Shown piece after piece: positions 1-12,000 of a stretch of 64,000 nt of DNA. This stretch comes from Haplodiscus bocki (taxonomy: Eukaryota): contig OZ296651.1 in NCBI GenBank assembly GCA_965655095.1, positions 45,880,001 through 45,944,000 on the forward strand, written 5' to 3'. A program made the translations under genes and the position numbers. Position 1 is the stretch's first letter; the number at the start of each line of letters is the position of its first letter. The notes under the pieces were generated by a model, which was not told the DNA's origin, did no database searches, and worked only from the letters and a program-made list of their open reading frames with translations.

Positions 1-3000
1 GTTGTTTTTACCATGTGCACTGTGCCGAGGACCATTGAGTTTTCTATCGCTTGGAACTCGTGACCTCTTATTGTTCGATGGGCGACTCCCTAAACAAATT
101 CACTGCTTTAATAAGTCAGTTACCCGCCTGGCGCCAAGTTGTCAAAAGTATTGTGGTTAGTCGTGCACCCAACGCGTTCCTCGTTGTTCCGGTTTAGTTT
201 CTTCCCTGTCGTGATTTTAAACTCCGAATGCATTTAGAAGGGAATATCTGACAATATACTGGCGAGATCTTTAGTTCACACCCAGGAACACCGGTAATAT
301 CAAATTGGTAAAAAAAATCTATTTCTGGGGAGGAACTCACTTACAAATTGCTTGTTTCTTAAACAGGTTCGGTGGTAGTGCCGACAGTTTTCCCTGTCAG
401 AATTTTGAACATCGATCTTACCCATACAAAATTTATTTCAGTGTTGAAATTAAGACGGCCTAAACCATAATCGCAGTACTTTAGTTCAAATAGACAATAC
501 AGATAGAAAAGTTTTACAAGAAGTACAGATTAACGCAAAACTGATGAATTCTGCTTAAAGTCTGAAAATCACTTTTTGGCATGTGTAGATAAGTTTTTGG
601 AAACCAATAACCCCGTTAACGTGATTTGAAATTGACAAAGTGAGGCATAAGTCTCAACGGAGTCAAAAGCTACGTTTTTCATTCTCTTCAACTGAAATTT
701 TTCGCTTCATAAGCGTCACATTGTACATAGTGAATGTGTATGGGCAGCCGAGCTTTTTTATGTTGTTAGGTATCCAAAAAGTCTCCACCAAACGAAAATA
801 CGGCCAGTTAGTGTACGAAAAACATGAAAAACTGTTTTGAATCAACTCACTTTTCTTGGGCGGAAAGATTACAAAGTTCTGAAAGCTTTCCCTAACTCTA
901 ATTAAAATGTCGCAAATAACTGTATTTTGCTTGACTGTGGCGATTATGAACGAATTGATGTTGTTCTCTATGGAAAATGTTTTCTCGCGTTTCATGCCAA
1001 ATTTCGAAAGTCCCAGATATTGCGGTAAAAGTTGGTCATCTTTTTCCAACGTTCTACATTCTTCTTTGGTCCTGATCCTTTTTTAAATTGTACTTCTGCA
1101 GCAAATAGGCCCTCTTACATAAAACCACCGAAACACGCATGAAAATCACTTTGCCTGAAAATCACATTTCAACCTTATTTACTGAATTCAGAATATAATT
1201 GGTCAAGGTCAGGTTATCTTTGAGCTGCGTTATCTGACTCATTTCTTTCGTCGGGTTTTGAACTATCCCTGATCATCCTTCTGTTTATCTATTTTTGTGG
1301 ATGAATTTGGACCTGTGCTAGAAACTGCTAAAACTTGGAAAATAGGCCAACGTATTGAGCCATTAATCTCGGCTTTTCTGAATCGTTTCGTTCCTCCGAG
1401 CCAACGATGGTAGCTTTTTCTGTGAATTCCTTACCCTCTGCAAGGCATCTTGTTTTCAATAGTTCCCTGGTTTTTTCTTCCTGCTCAACTAGGCCAATAT
1501 TTAGACTGAAGTTTTCAACTGTTTTTCTGTTCAATGAAAGTCCATAGAATAAATTTCTATCCGAAGGCGTTTTTCCAGATAACTGAAGGCCCCGCACTTT
1601 CGAGAAACGCGATTTCATTGGATGAGGTGTTGGACGCTTTAGAATACGCGCTGTACAAGTGACAGAGAGTAAAAATGCTGGATGTTATGCTGGTGCCGAA
1701 TTGCTGTCGACGAACAATGTTGGTACCGTCTATGGATTCAAAATGCTGTGGGAAAGACACAGTTGAATTTTTACAACAGTTGTAACAGGGCTTTTCAGTG
1801 CTGAAATAGTTTTTATACATCTTGAGGGTTGACAAAATTGAGACTAAAAATACATCTGGACACGGAACAGGGTCATCGCTTCCTTCACAAAATAAACATT
1901 GACCGGAAGCGGATAAGTCTCGCCAGCAATGACAACTGAAAACGCAGCGCATGGTGTATTTTTCATTAAAAGAATCCTTAATAATGCCAAAGGAGGCCAC
2001 TGTTTTAGTGGACCTTTGAGAAAAACTTGAAAATTGAGCCTACTAGAAATGATTTAAGTCTTTTTTTTTACCTATGTTTGTTTAAAGTACCACGATCATC
2101 GATTCCCTCGAAATTGTGTTTCTCACTCAATATTTTGTATCTGTGATCGGATATCGCCTTTTCAAAACTTTGCAATTCCTTTTTTCGAAGTATGCGTGGG
2201 ATCTGATGTCATTTCGCGGGTTCCAAACGTGCTGAGGTGCTCATGATCTCTCCCAACGATGAGTTTACTGCTCAATTCCGAACCGTCACGCAAGAAGTTG
2301 TTTTTACCATGTGCACTGTGCCGAGGACCATTGAGTTTTCTATCGCTTGGAACTCGTGACCTCTTATTGTTCGATGGGCGACTCCCTAAACAAATTCACT
2401 GCTTTAATAAGTCAGTTACCCGCCTGGCGCCAAGTTGTCAAAAGTATTGTGGTTAGTCGTGCACCCAACGCGTTCCTCGTTGTTCCGGTTTAGTTTCTTC
2501 CCTGTCGTGATTTTAAACTCCGAATGCATTTAGAAGGGAATATCTGACAATATACTGGCGAGATCTTTAGTTCACACCCAGGAACACCGGTAATATCAAA
2601 TTGGTAAAAAAAATCTATTTCTGGGGAGGAACTCACTTACAAATTGCTTGTTTCTTAAACAGGTTCGGTGGTAGTGCCGACAGTTTTCCCTGTCAGAATT
2701 TTGAACATCGATCTTACCCATACAAAATTTATTTCAGTGTTGAAATTAAGACGGCCTAAACCATAATCGCAGTACTTTAGTTCAAATAGACAATACAGAT
2801 AGAAAAGTTTTACAAGAAGTACAGATTAACGCAAAACTGATGAGTTTTGCTTAAAGTCTGACAATCACTTTTTGGCATGTGTAGATAAGTTTTTGGAAAC
2901 CAATAACCCCGTTAACGTGTTTTGAAATTGACAAAGTGAGGCATAAGTCTCAACGGAGTCAAAAGCTATGTTTTTCATTCACTTCAACTGAAATTTGTCG

Positions 3001-6000
3001 CTTCATAAGCGTCACATTGTACATAGTGAAGGTGTATGGGCAGCCGAGCTTTTTAATGTTGTTAGGTATCCAAAAAGTCTCCACCAAACGAAAATACGGC
3101 CAGTTAGTGTACGAAAAACATGAAAAACTGTTTTGAATCAACTCACTTTTCTTGGGCGGAAAGATTACAAAGTTCTGAAAGTTTTCCCTAACTCTAATTA
3201 AAATGTCGCAAATTACTGTATTTTGCTTGACTGTGGCGATTATGAACGAATTGATGTTGTTTTCTATGGAAAATGCTTTTTCGCGTTTCATGCCAATTTT
3301 CGAAAGTCCCAGATATTGCGGTAAAAGTTGGTCATCTTTTTTTTCCAACGTTCTACATTCTTCTTTGGTCCTGATCCTTTTTTGAGCTGTATTTCTGCAG
3401 CAAATAGGCCCTCTTACGTAAAACCACCGAAACACGCATGAAAATCACTTTGCCTGAAAATCACATTTCAACCTTATTTACTGAATTCAGAATATAATTG
3501 GTCAAGGTCAGGTTATCTTTGAGCTGCGTTATCTGACTCATTTCTTTTGTCGGGTTTTGAACTATCCCTGATCATCCTCCTGTTTATCTATTTTTGTGGA
3601 TGAAATTGGACCTGTGCTAAAAACTGCTAAAACTTGGAAAGTAGGCCAACGTATTGAGCCCTTAATCTAGGCTTTTCTGAATCGTTTCGTTCCTCTGAGC
3701 CAACGATGGTGGCTGTTTCTGTGAATTCCTTTCCCTCTGCAAAGCATCTTGTTTTCAATTGTTCCTGGTTTTTTTCCCTGCTCAACTAGGCCAATTCTTA
3801 GACTGAAGTTTTCAACTGATTCCTACTGTTTTCCGTTCAATGAAAGTCCATGGAAAAAATTTTTGTCCGAAGGCGTTTTTCCAGATAACCGATGGCACCG
3901 CACTTTTGAGAAACGCGATTTCATTGGATGAGGAGTTGGACGCTTTAGGATACGCGCTGTACAAGTGACAAAGAGTAATAATGCTGGATGTTATGCTGGT
4001 GCCGAATTCCTGTCGACAAACATTCTTGGTACCGTCTTTGGATTCAAAATGCAGTGAGGAAGATACAGTTGATCTTTTACAACATAAAATAAAACAGTGC
4101 TAATTTAGTTGCTACATCTTGGGCGATGACAAAGTTGAGACTAAAAATACATCTGGACACGGAACAGGGTCATCGCATCCTGCACGCAATGAACATTGAC
4201 CGGAAGCGCATAAATCTCGCAAGCAATAACAACTGCAAACGAAGCGCTTGCCTTATTGTTGATTAAAAGAATCCTTAATAATGCCAAAGGAGGCCACTTT
4301 CGTAGTTGACCTTTTAGAAAAACTTGAAGTTTGAGCCTACTAGAGATGATTTTAGCTTTTTTTGAGGTTTACCTATATGTGTTTCAAGTACCAGGATCAT
4401 CGATTTCTCACTCAATTTTTTGTATCTTTGATCGGATATATCTTTTCAAAACTTTACATTGCCTTTGGTCCGAGTTTGCATGGGATTTGATCTCATTTGG
4501 AGAGTTCCGAACCTGCTCAGGTGCTCTTGATCTCTCCCAACGATGAGTTTACTGCTCAATTTCGAACCGTCACGCTAGAAGTTGTTTTTACCATGTGCAC
4601 TGTGCCGAGGACCATTGAGTTTTCTATCGCTTGGAACTCGTGACCTCTTATTGTTCGATGGGCGACTCCCTAAACAAATTCACTGCTTTAATAAGTCAGT
4701 TACCCGCCTGGCGCCAAGTTGTCAAAAGTATTGTGGTTAGTCGTGCACCCAACGCGTTCTTCGTTGTTCCGGTTTAGTTTCTTCCCTGTCGTGATTTTAA
4801 ACTCCGAATGCATTTAGAAGGGAATATCTGACAATATACTGGCGAGATCTTTAGTTCACACCCAGGAACACCGGTAATATCAAATTGGTAAAAAAAAATC
4901 TATTTCTGGGGAGGAACTCACTTACAAATTGCTTGTTTCTTAAACAGGTTCGGTGGTAGTGCCGATTGTTTTCCCTGTCAGAATTTTGAACATCGATCTT
5001 ACGCATACAAAATTTATTTCAGTGTTGAAATTAAGACGGCCTAAACCATAATCGCAGTACTTTAGTTCAAATAGACAATACAGATAGAAAAGTTTTACAA
5101 GAAGTACAGATTAACGCAAAACTGATGAGTTTTGCTTAAAGTCTGACAATCACTTTTTGGCATGTGTAGATAAGTTTTTGGAAACCAATAACCCCGTTAA
5201 CGTGTTTTGAAATTGACAAAGTGAGGCATAAGTCTCAACGGAGTCAAAAGCTATGTTTTTCATTCACTTCAACTGAAATTTGTCGCTTCATAAGCGTCAC
5301 ATTGTACATAGTGAAGGTGTATGGGCAGCCGAGCTTTTTAATGTTGTTAGGTATCCAAAAAGTCTCCACCAAACGAAAATACGGCCAGTTAGTGTACGAA
5401 AAACATGAAAAACTGTTTTGAATCAACTCACTTTTCTTGGGCGGAAAGATTACAAAGTTCTGAAAGTTTTCCCTAACTCTAATTAAAATGTCGCAAATTA
5501 CTGTATTTTGCTTGACTGTGGCGATTATGAACGAATTGATGTTGTTTTCTATGGAAAATGCTTTTTCGCGTTTCATGCCAATTTTCGAAAGTCCCAGATA
5601 TTGCGGTAAAAGTTGGTCATCTTTTTTTTCCAACGTTCTACATTCTTCTTTGGTCCTGATCCTTTTTTAAGCTGTACTTCTGCAGCAAATAGGCCCTCTT
5701 ACGTAAAACCACCGAAACACGCATGAAAATCACTTTGCCTGAAAATCACATTTCAACCTTATTTACTGAATTCAGAATATAATTGGTCAAGGTCAGGTTA
5801 TCTTTGAGCTGCGTTATCTGACTCATTTCTTTTGTCGGGTTTTGAACTATCCCTGATCATCCTCCTGTTTATCTATTTTTGTGGATGAAATTGGACCTGT
5901 GCTAAAAACTGCTAAAACTTGGAAAGTAGGCCAACGTATTGAGCCCTTAATCTAGGCTTTTCTGAATCGTTTCGTTCCTCTGAGCCAACGATGGTGGCTG

Positions 6001-9000
6001 TTTCTGTGAATTCCTTTCCCTCTGCAAAGCATCTTGTTTTCAATTGTTCCTGGTTTTTTTCCCTGCTCAACTAGGCCAATTCTTAGACTGAAGTTTTCAA
6101 CTGATTCCTACTGTTTTCCGTTCAATGAAAGTCCATGGAAAAAATTTTTGTCCGAAGGCGTTTTTCCAGATAACCGATGGCACCGCACTTTTGAGAAACG
6201 CGATTTCATTGGATGAGGAGTTGGACGCTTTAGGATACGCGCTGTACAAGTGACAAAGAGTAATAATGCTGGATGTTATGCTGGTGCCGAATTCCTGTCG
6301 ACAAACATTCTTGGTACCGTCTTTGGATTCAAAATGCAGTGAGGAAGATACAGTTGATCTTTTACAACATAAAATAAAACAGTGCTAATTTAGTTGCTAC
6401 ATCTTGGGGGATGACAAAGTTGAGACTAAAAATACATCTGGACACGGAACAGGGTCATCGCATCCTGCACGCAATGAACATTGACCGGAAGCGCATAAAT
6501 CTCGCAAGCAATAACAACTGCAAACGAAGCGCTTGCCTTATTGTTGATTAAAAGAATCCTTAATAATGCCAAAGGAGGCCACTTTCGTAGTTGACCTTTT
6601 AGAAAAACTTGAAGTTTGAGCCTACTAGAGATGATTTTAGCTTTTTTTGAGGTTTACCTATATGTGTTTCAAGTACCAGGATCATCGATTTCTCACTCAA
6701 TTTTTTGTATCTTTGATCGGATATATCTTTTCAAAACTTTACATTGCCTTTGGTCCGAGTTTGCATGGGATTTGATCTCATTTGGAGAGTTCCGAACCTG
6801 CTCAGGTGCTCTTGATCTCCCCCAACGATGAGTTTACTGCTCAATTTCGAACCGTCACGCTAGAAGTTGTTTATACCATGTGCACTGTGCCGAGGACCAT
6901 TGAGTTTTCTATCGCTTTAAACTCGCGATCATTTATTGTTCGATGGGCGACTCCCTAAACAAATTCACTACCTTAGAAAGTCAGTTACCGGCTTGGCGCC
7001 AAGATGTCAAAAGTATTGTGGTTAGTCGTGCACCCAACGCGTTCTTCGTTGTTCCGGTTTAGTTTCTTCCCTGTCGTGATTTTAAACTCCGAATGTATTT
7101 AGAAGGGAATATCTGACAATATACTGGCGAGATCTTTAGTTCACACCCAGGAACACCGGTAATATCAAATTGGTAAAAAAAAATCTATTTCTGGGGAGGA
7201 ACTCACTTACAAATTGCTTGTTTCTTAAACAGGTTCGGTGGTAGTGCCGACAGTTTTCCCTGTCAGAATTTTGAACATCGATCTTACCCATACAAAATTT
7301 ATTTCAGTGTTGAAATTAAGACGACCGAAACCATAATCGCAGTACTTTAGTTCAAATAGACAATACAGATAGAAAAGTTTTACAAGAAGTACAGATTAAC
7401 GCAAAACTGATGAGTTTTGCTTAAAGTCTGAAAATCACTTTTTGGCATGTGTAGATAAGTTTTTGGAAACCAATAACCCCGGTAACGTGTTTTGAAATTG
7501 ACAAAGTGAGGCATAAGTCTCAACGGAGTGAAAAGCTATGTTTTTCATTCACTTCAACTGAAGTTTGTCGCTGCATAAGGGTCACATTGTACATAGTGAA
7601 CGTGTATGGGCAGCCGAGCTTTTTAATGTTGTTAGGTATCCAAAAAGTCTCCACCAAACGAAAATAGGGCCAGTTAGTGTACGAAAAACATGAAAAACTG
7701 TTTTGAATCAACTCACTTTTCTTGGGCGGAAAGATTACAAAGTTCTGAAAGTTTTCCCTAACTCTAATTAAAATGTCGCAAATAACTGTATTTTGCTTGA
7801 CTGTGGCGATTATGAACGAATTGATGTTGTTTTCTATGGAAAATGCTTTTTCGCGTTTCATGCCAATTTTCGAAAGTCCCAGTTATTGCGGTAAAAGTTG
7901 GTCATCTCTTTTTTCCAACGTTCTACATTCTTCTTTGGTCCTGATCCTTTTTTAACCTGTACTTCTGCAGCAAATAGGCCCTCTTACGTAAAACCACCGA
8001 AACACGCATGAAAATCACTTTGCCTGAAAATCACATTTCAACCTTATTTACTGAATTCAGAATATAATTGGTCAAGGTCAGGTTATCTTTGAGCTGCGTT
8101 ATCTGACTCATTTCTTTTGTCGGGTTTTGAACTATCTCTGATCATCCTTCTGTTTATCTATTTTTGTGGATGAAATTGGACCTGTGCTAAAAACTGCTGA
8201 AAGTTGGAATTTGGGCAACGTATTGAGCCCTTAATCTAGGCTTTTCTGAATCGTTTCGTTCCTCTGAGCCAACGATGGTGGCTGTTTCTGTGAATTCCTT
8301 TCCCTCTGCAAAGCATCTTGTTTTCAATTGTTCCTGGTTTTTTTCCCTGCTCAACTAGGCCAATTCTTAGACTGAAGTTTTCAACTGATTCCTACTGTTT
8401 TCCGTTCAATGAAAGTCCATGGAAAAAATTTTTGTCCGAAGGCGTTTTTCCAGATAACCGATGGCACCGCACTTTTGAGAAACGCGATTTCATTGGATGA
8501 GGAGTTGGACGCTTTAGGATACGCGCTGTACAAGTGACAAAGAGTAATAATGCTGGATGTTATGCTGGTGCCGAATTCCTGTCGACAAACAATCTTGGTA
8601 CCGTCTTTGGATTCAAAATGCAGTGAGGAAGATACAGTTGATCTTTTACAACATAAAATAAAACAGTGCTAATTTAGTTGCTACATCTTGGGGGATGACA
8701 AAGTTGAGACTAAAAATACATCTGGACACGGAACAGGGTCATCGCATCCTGCACGCAATGAACATTGACCGGAAGCGCATAAATCTCGCAAGCAATAACA
8801 ACTGCAAACGAAGCGCTTGCGTTATTGTTGATTAAAAGAATCCTTAATAATGCCAAAGGAGGCCACTTTTGTAGTTGACCTTTTAGAAAAACTTGAAGTT
8901 TGAGCCTACTAGAGATGATTTTAGCTTTTTTTGAGGTTTACCTATATGTGTTTCAAGTACCAGGATCATCGATTTCTCACTCAATTTTTTGTATCTTTGA

Positions 9001-12000
9001 TCGGATATATCTTTTCAAAACTTTACATTGCCTTTGGTCCGAGTATGCATGGGATTTGATCTCATTTGGAGAGTTCCGAACCTGCTCAGGTGCTCTTGAT
9101 CTCTCCCAACGATGAGTTTACTGCTCAATTTCGAACCGTCACGCTAAAAGTTGTTTATACCATGTGCACTGTGCCGAGGACCATTGAGTTTTCTATCGCT
9201 TTAAACTCGCGATCATTTATTGTTCGATGGGCGACTCCCTAAACAAATTCACTACCTTAGAAAGTCAGTTACCGGCTTGGCGCCAAGATGTCAAAAGTAT
9301 TGTGGTTAGTCGTGCACCCAACGCGTTCTTCGTTGTTCCGGTTTAGTTTCTTCCCTGTCGTGATTTTAAACTCCGAATGTATTTAGAAGGGAATATCTGA
9401 CAATATACTGGCGAGATCTTTAGTTCACACCCAGGAACACCGGTAATATCAAATTGGTAAAAAAAATCTATTTCTGGGGAGGAACTCACTTACAAATTGC
9501 TTGTTTCTTAAACAGGTTCGGTGGTAGTGCCGACTGTTTTCCCTGTCAGAATTTTGAACATCGATCTTACGCATACAAAATTTATTTCAGTGTTGAAATT
9601 AAGACGGCCTAAACCATAATCGCAGTACTTTAATTCAAATAGACAATACAGATAGAAAAGTTTTACAAGAAGTACAGATTAACGCAAAACTGATGAGTTT
9701 TGCTTAAAGTCTGAAAATCACTTTTTGGCATGTGTAGATAAGTTTTTGGAAACCAATAACCCCGGTAACGTGTTTTGAAATTGACAAAGTGAGGCATAAG
9801 TCTCAACGGAGTGAAAAGCTATGTTTTTCATTCACTTCAACTGAAGTTTGTCGCTGCATAAGCGTCACATTGTACATAGTGAACGTGTATGGGCAGCCGA
9901 GCATTTTAATGTTGTTAGGTATCCAAAAAGTCTCCACCAAACGAAAATACGGCCAGTTAGTGTACGAAAAACATGAAAAACTGTTTTGAATCAACTCACT
10001 TTTCTTGGGCGGAAAGATTACAAAGTTCTGAAAGTTTTCCCTAACTCTAATTAAAATGTCGCAAATAACTGTATTTTGCTTGACTGTGGCGATTATGAAC
10101 GAATTGATGTTGTTTTCTATGGAAAATGCTTTTTCGCGTTTCATGCCAATTTTCGAAAGTCCCAGTTATTGCGGTAAAAGTTGGTCATCTTTTTTTTCCA
10201 ACGTTCTACATTCTTCTTTGGTCCTGATCCTTTTTTAAATTGTACTTCTGCAGCAAATAGGCCCTCTTACATAAAACCACCGAAACACGCATGAAAATCA
10301 CTTTGCCTGAAAATCACATTTCAACCTTATTTACTGAATTCAGAATATAATTGGTCAAGGTCAGGTTATCTTTGAGCTGCGTTATCTGACTCATTTCTTT
10401 CGTCGGGTTTTGAACTATCCCTGATCATCCTTCTGTTTATCTATTTTTGTGGATGAATTTGGACCTGTGCTAGAAACTGCTAAAACTTGGAAAGTAGGCC
10501 AACGTGTTGAGCCCTTAATCTAGGCTTTTCTGAATCGTTTCGTTCCTCTGAGCCAACGATGGTGGCTGTTTCTGTGAATTCCTTTCCCTCTGCAAAGCAT
10601 CTTGTTTTCAATTGTTCCTGGTTTTTTTCCCTGCTCAACTAGGCCAATTCTTAGACTGAAGTTTTCAACTGATTCCTACTGTTTTCCGTTCAATGAAAGT
10701 CCATGGAAAAAATTTTTGTCCGAAGGCGTTTTTCCAGATAACCGATGGCACCGCACTTTTGAGAAACGCGATTTCATTGGATGAGGAGTTGGACGCTTTA
10801 GGATACGCGCTGTACAAGTGACAAAGAGTAATAATGCTGGATGTTATGCTGGTGCCGAATTCCTGTCGACAAACATTCTTGGTACCGTCTTTGGATTCAA
10901 AATGCAGTGAGGAAGATACAGTTGATCTTTTACAACATAAAATAAAACAGTGCTAATTTAGTTGCTACATCTTGGGGGATGACAAAGTTGAGACTAAAAA
11001 TACATCTGGACACGGAACAGGGTCATCGCATCCTGCACGCAATGAACATTGACCGGAAGCGCATAAATCTCGCAAGCAATAACAACTGCAAACGAAGCGC
11101 TTGCGTTATTGTTGATTAAAAGAATCCTTAATAATGCCAAAGGAGGCCACTTTTGTAGTTGACCTTTTAGAAAAACTTGAAGTTTGAGCCTACTAGAGAT
11201 GATTTTAGCTTTTTTTGAGGTTTACCTATATGTGTTTCAAGTACCAGGATCATCGATTTCTCACTCAATTTTTTGTATCTTTGATCGGATATATCTTTTC
11301 AAAACTTTACATTGCCTTTGGTCCGAGTATGCATGGGATTTGATCTCATTTGGAGAGTTCCGAACCTGCTCAGGTGCTCTTGATCTCTCCCAACGATGAG
11401 TTTACTGCTCAATTTCGAACCGTCACGCTAGAAGTTGTTTATACCATGTGCACTGTGCCGAGGACCATTGAGTTTTCTATCGCTTTAAACTCGCGATCAT
11501 TTATTGTTCGATGGGCGACTCCCTAAACAAATTCACTACCTTAGAAAGTCAGTTACCGGCTTGGCGCCAAGATGTCAAAAGTATTGTGGTTAGTCGTGCA
11601 CCCAACGCGTTCTTCGTTGTTCCGGTTTAGTTTCTTCCCTGTCGTGATTTTAAACTCCGAATGTTTTTAGAAGGGAATATCTGACAATATACTGGCGAGA
11701 TCTTTAGTTCACACCCAGGAACACCGGTAATATCAAATTGGTAAAAAAAATCTATTTCTGGGGAGGAACTCACTTACAAATTGCTTGTTTCTTAAACAGG
11801 TTCGGTGGTAGTGCCGACTGTTTTCCCTGTCAGAATTTTGAACATCGATCTTACGCATACAAAATTTATTTCAGTGTTGAAATTAAGACGGCCTAAACCA
11901 TAATCGCAGTACTTTAGTTCAAATAGACAATACAGATAGAAAAGTTTTACAAGAAGTACAGATTAACGCAAAACTGATGAGTTTTGCTTAAAGTCTGAAA

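Noticed and set aside
4538-4570. CGATGAG...CTC...CGAA resembles a satellite hammerhead ribozyme core
   Set aside because: It lacks CUGAnGA and GAAA in the required spacing, and there are no stems I/III.
4565-4600. AACCGTCACG...CCATG resembles the start of the Schistosoma spliced leader; tandem SL-RNA array considered
   Set aside because: Only the first 10 nt match, there is no GTAAG donor after ATG, and no convincing Sm site or stem-loops follow. An Rfam/Infernal scan would be needed to exclude it formally.
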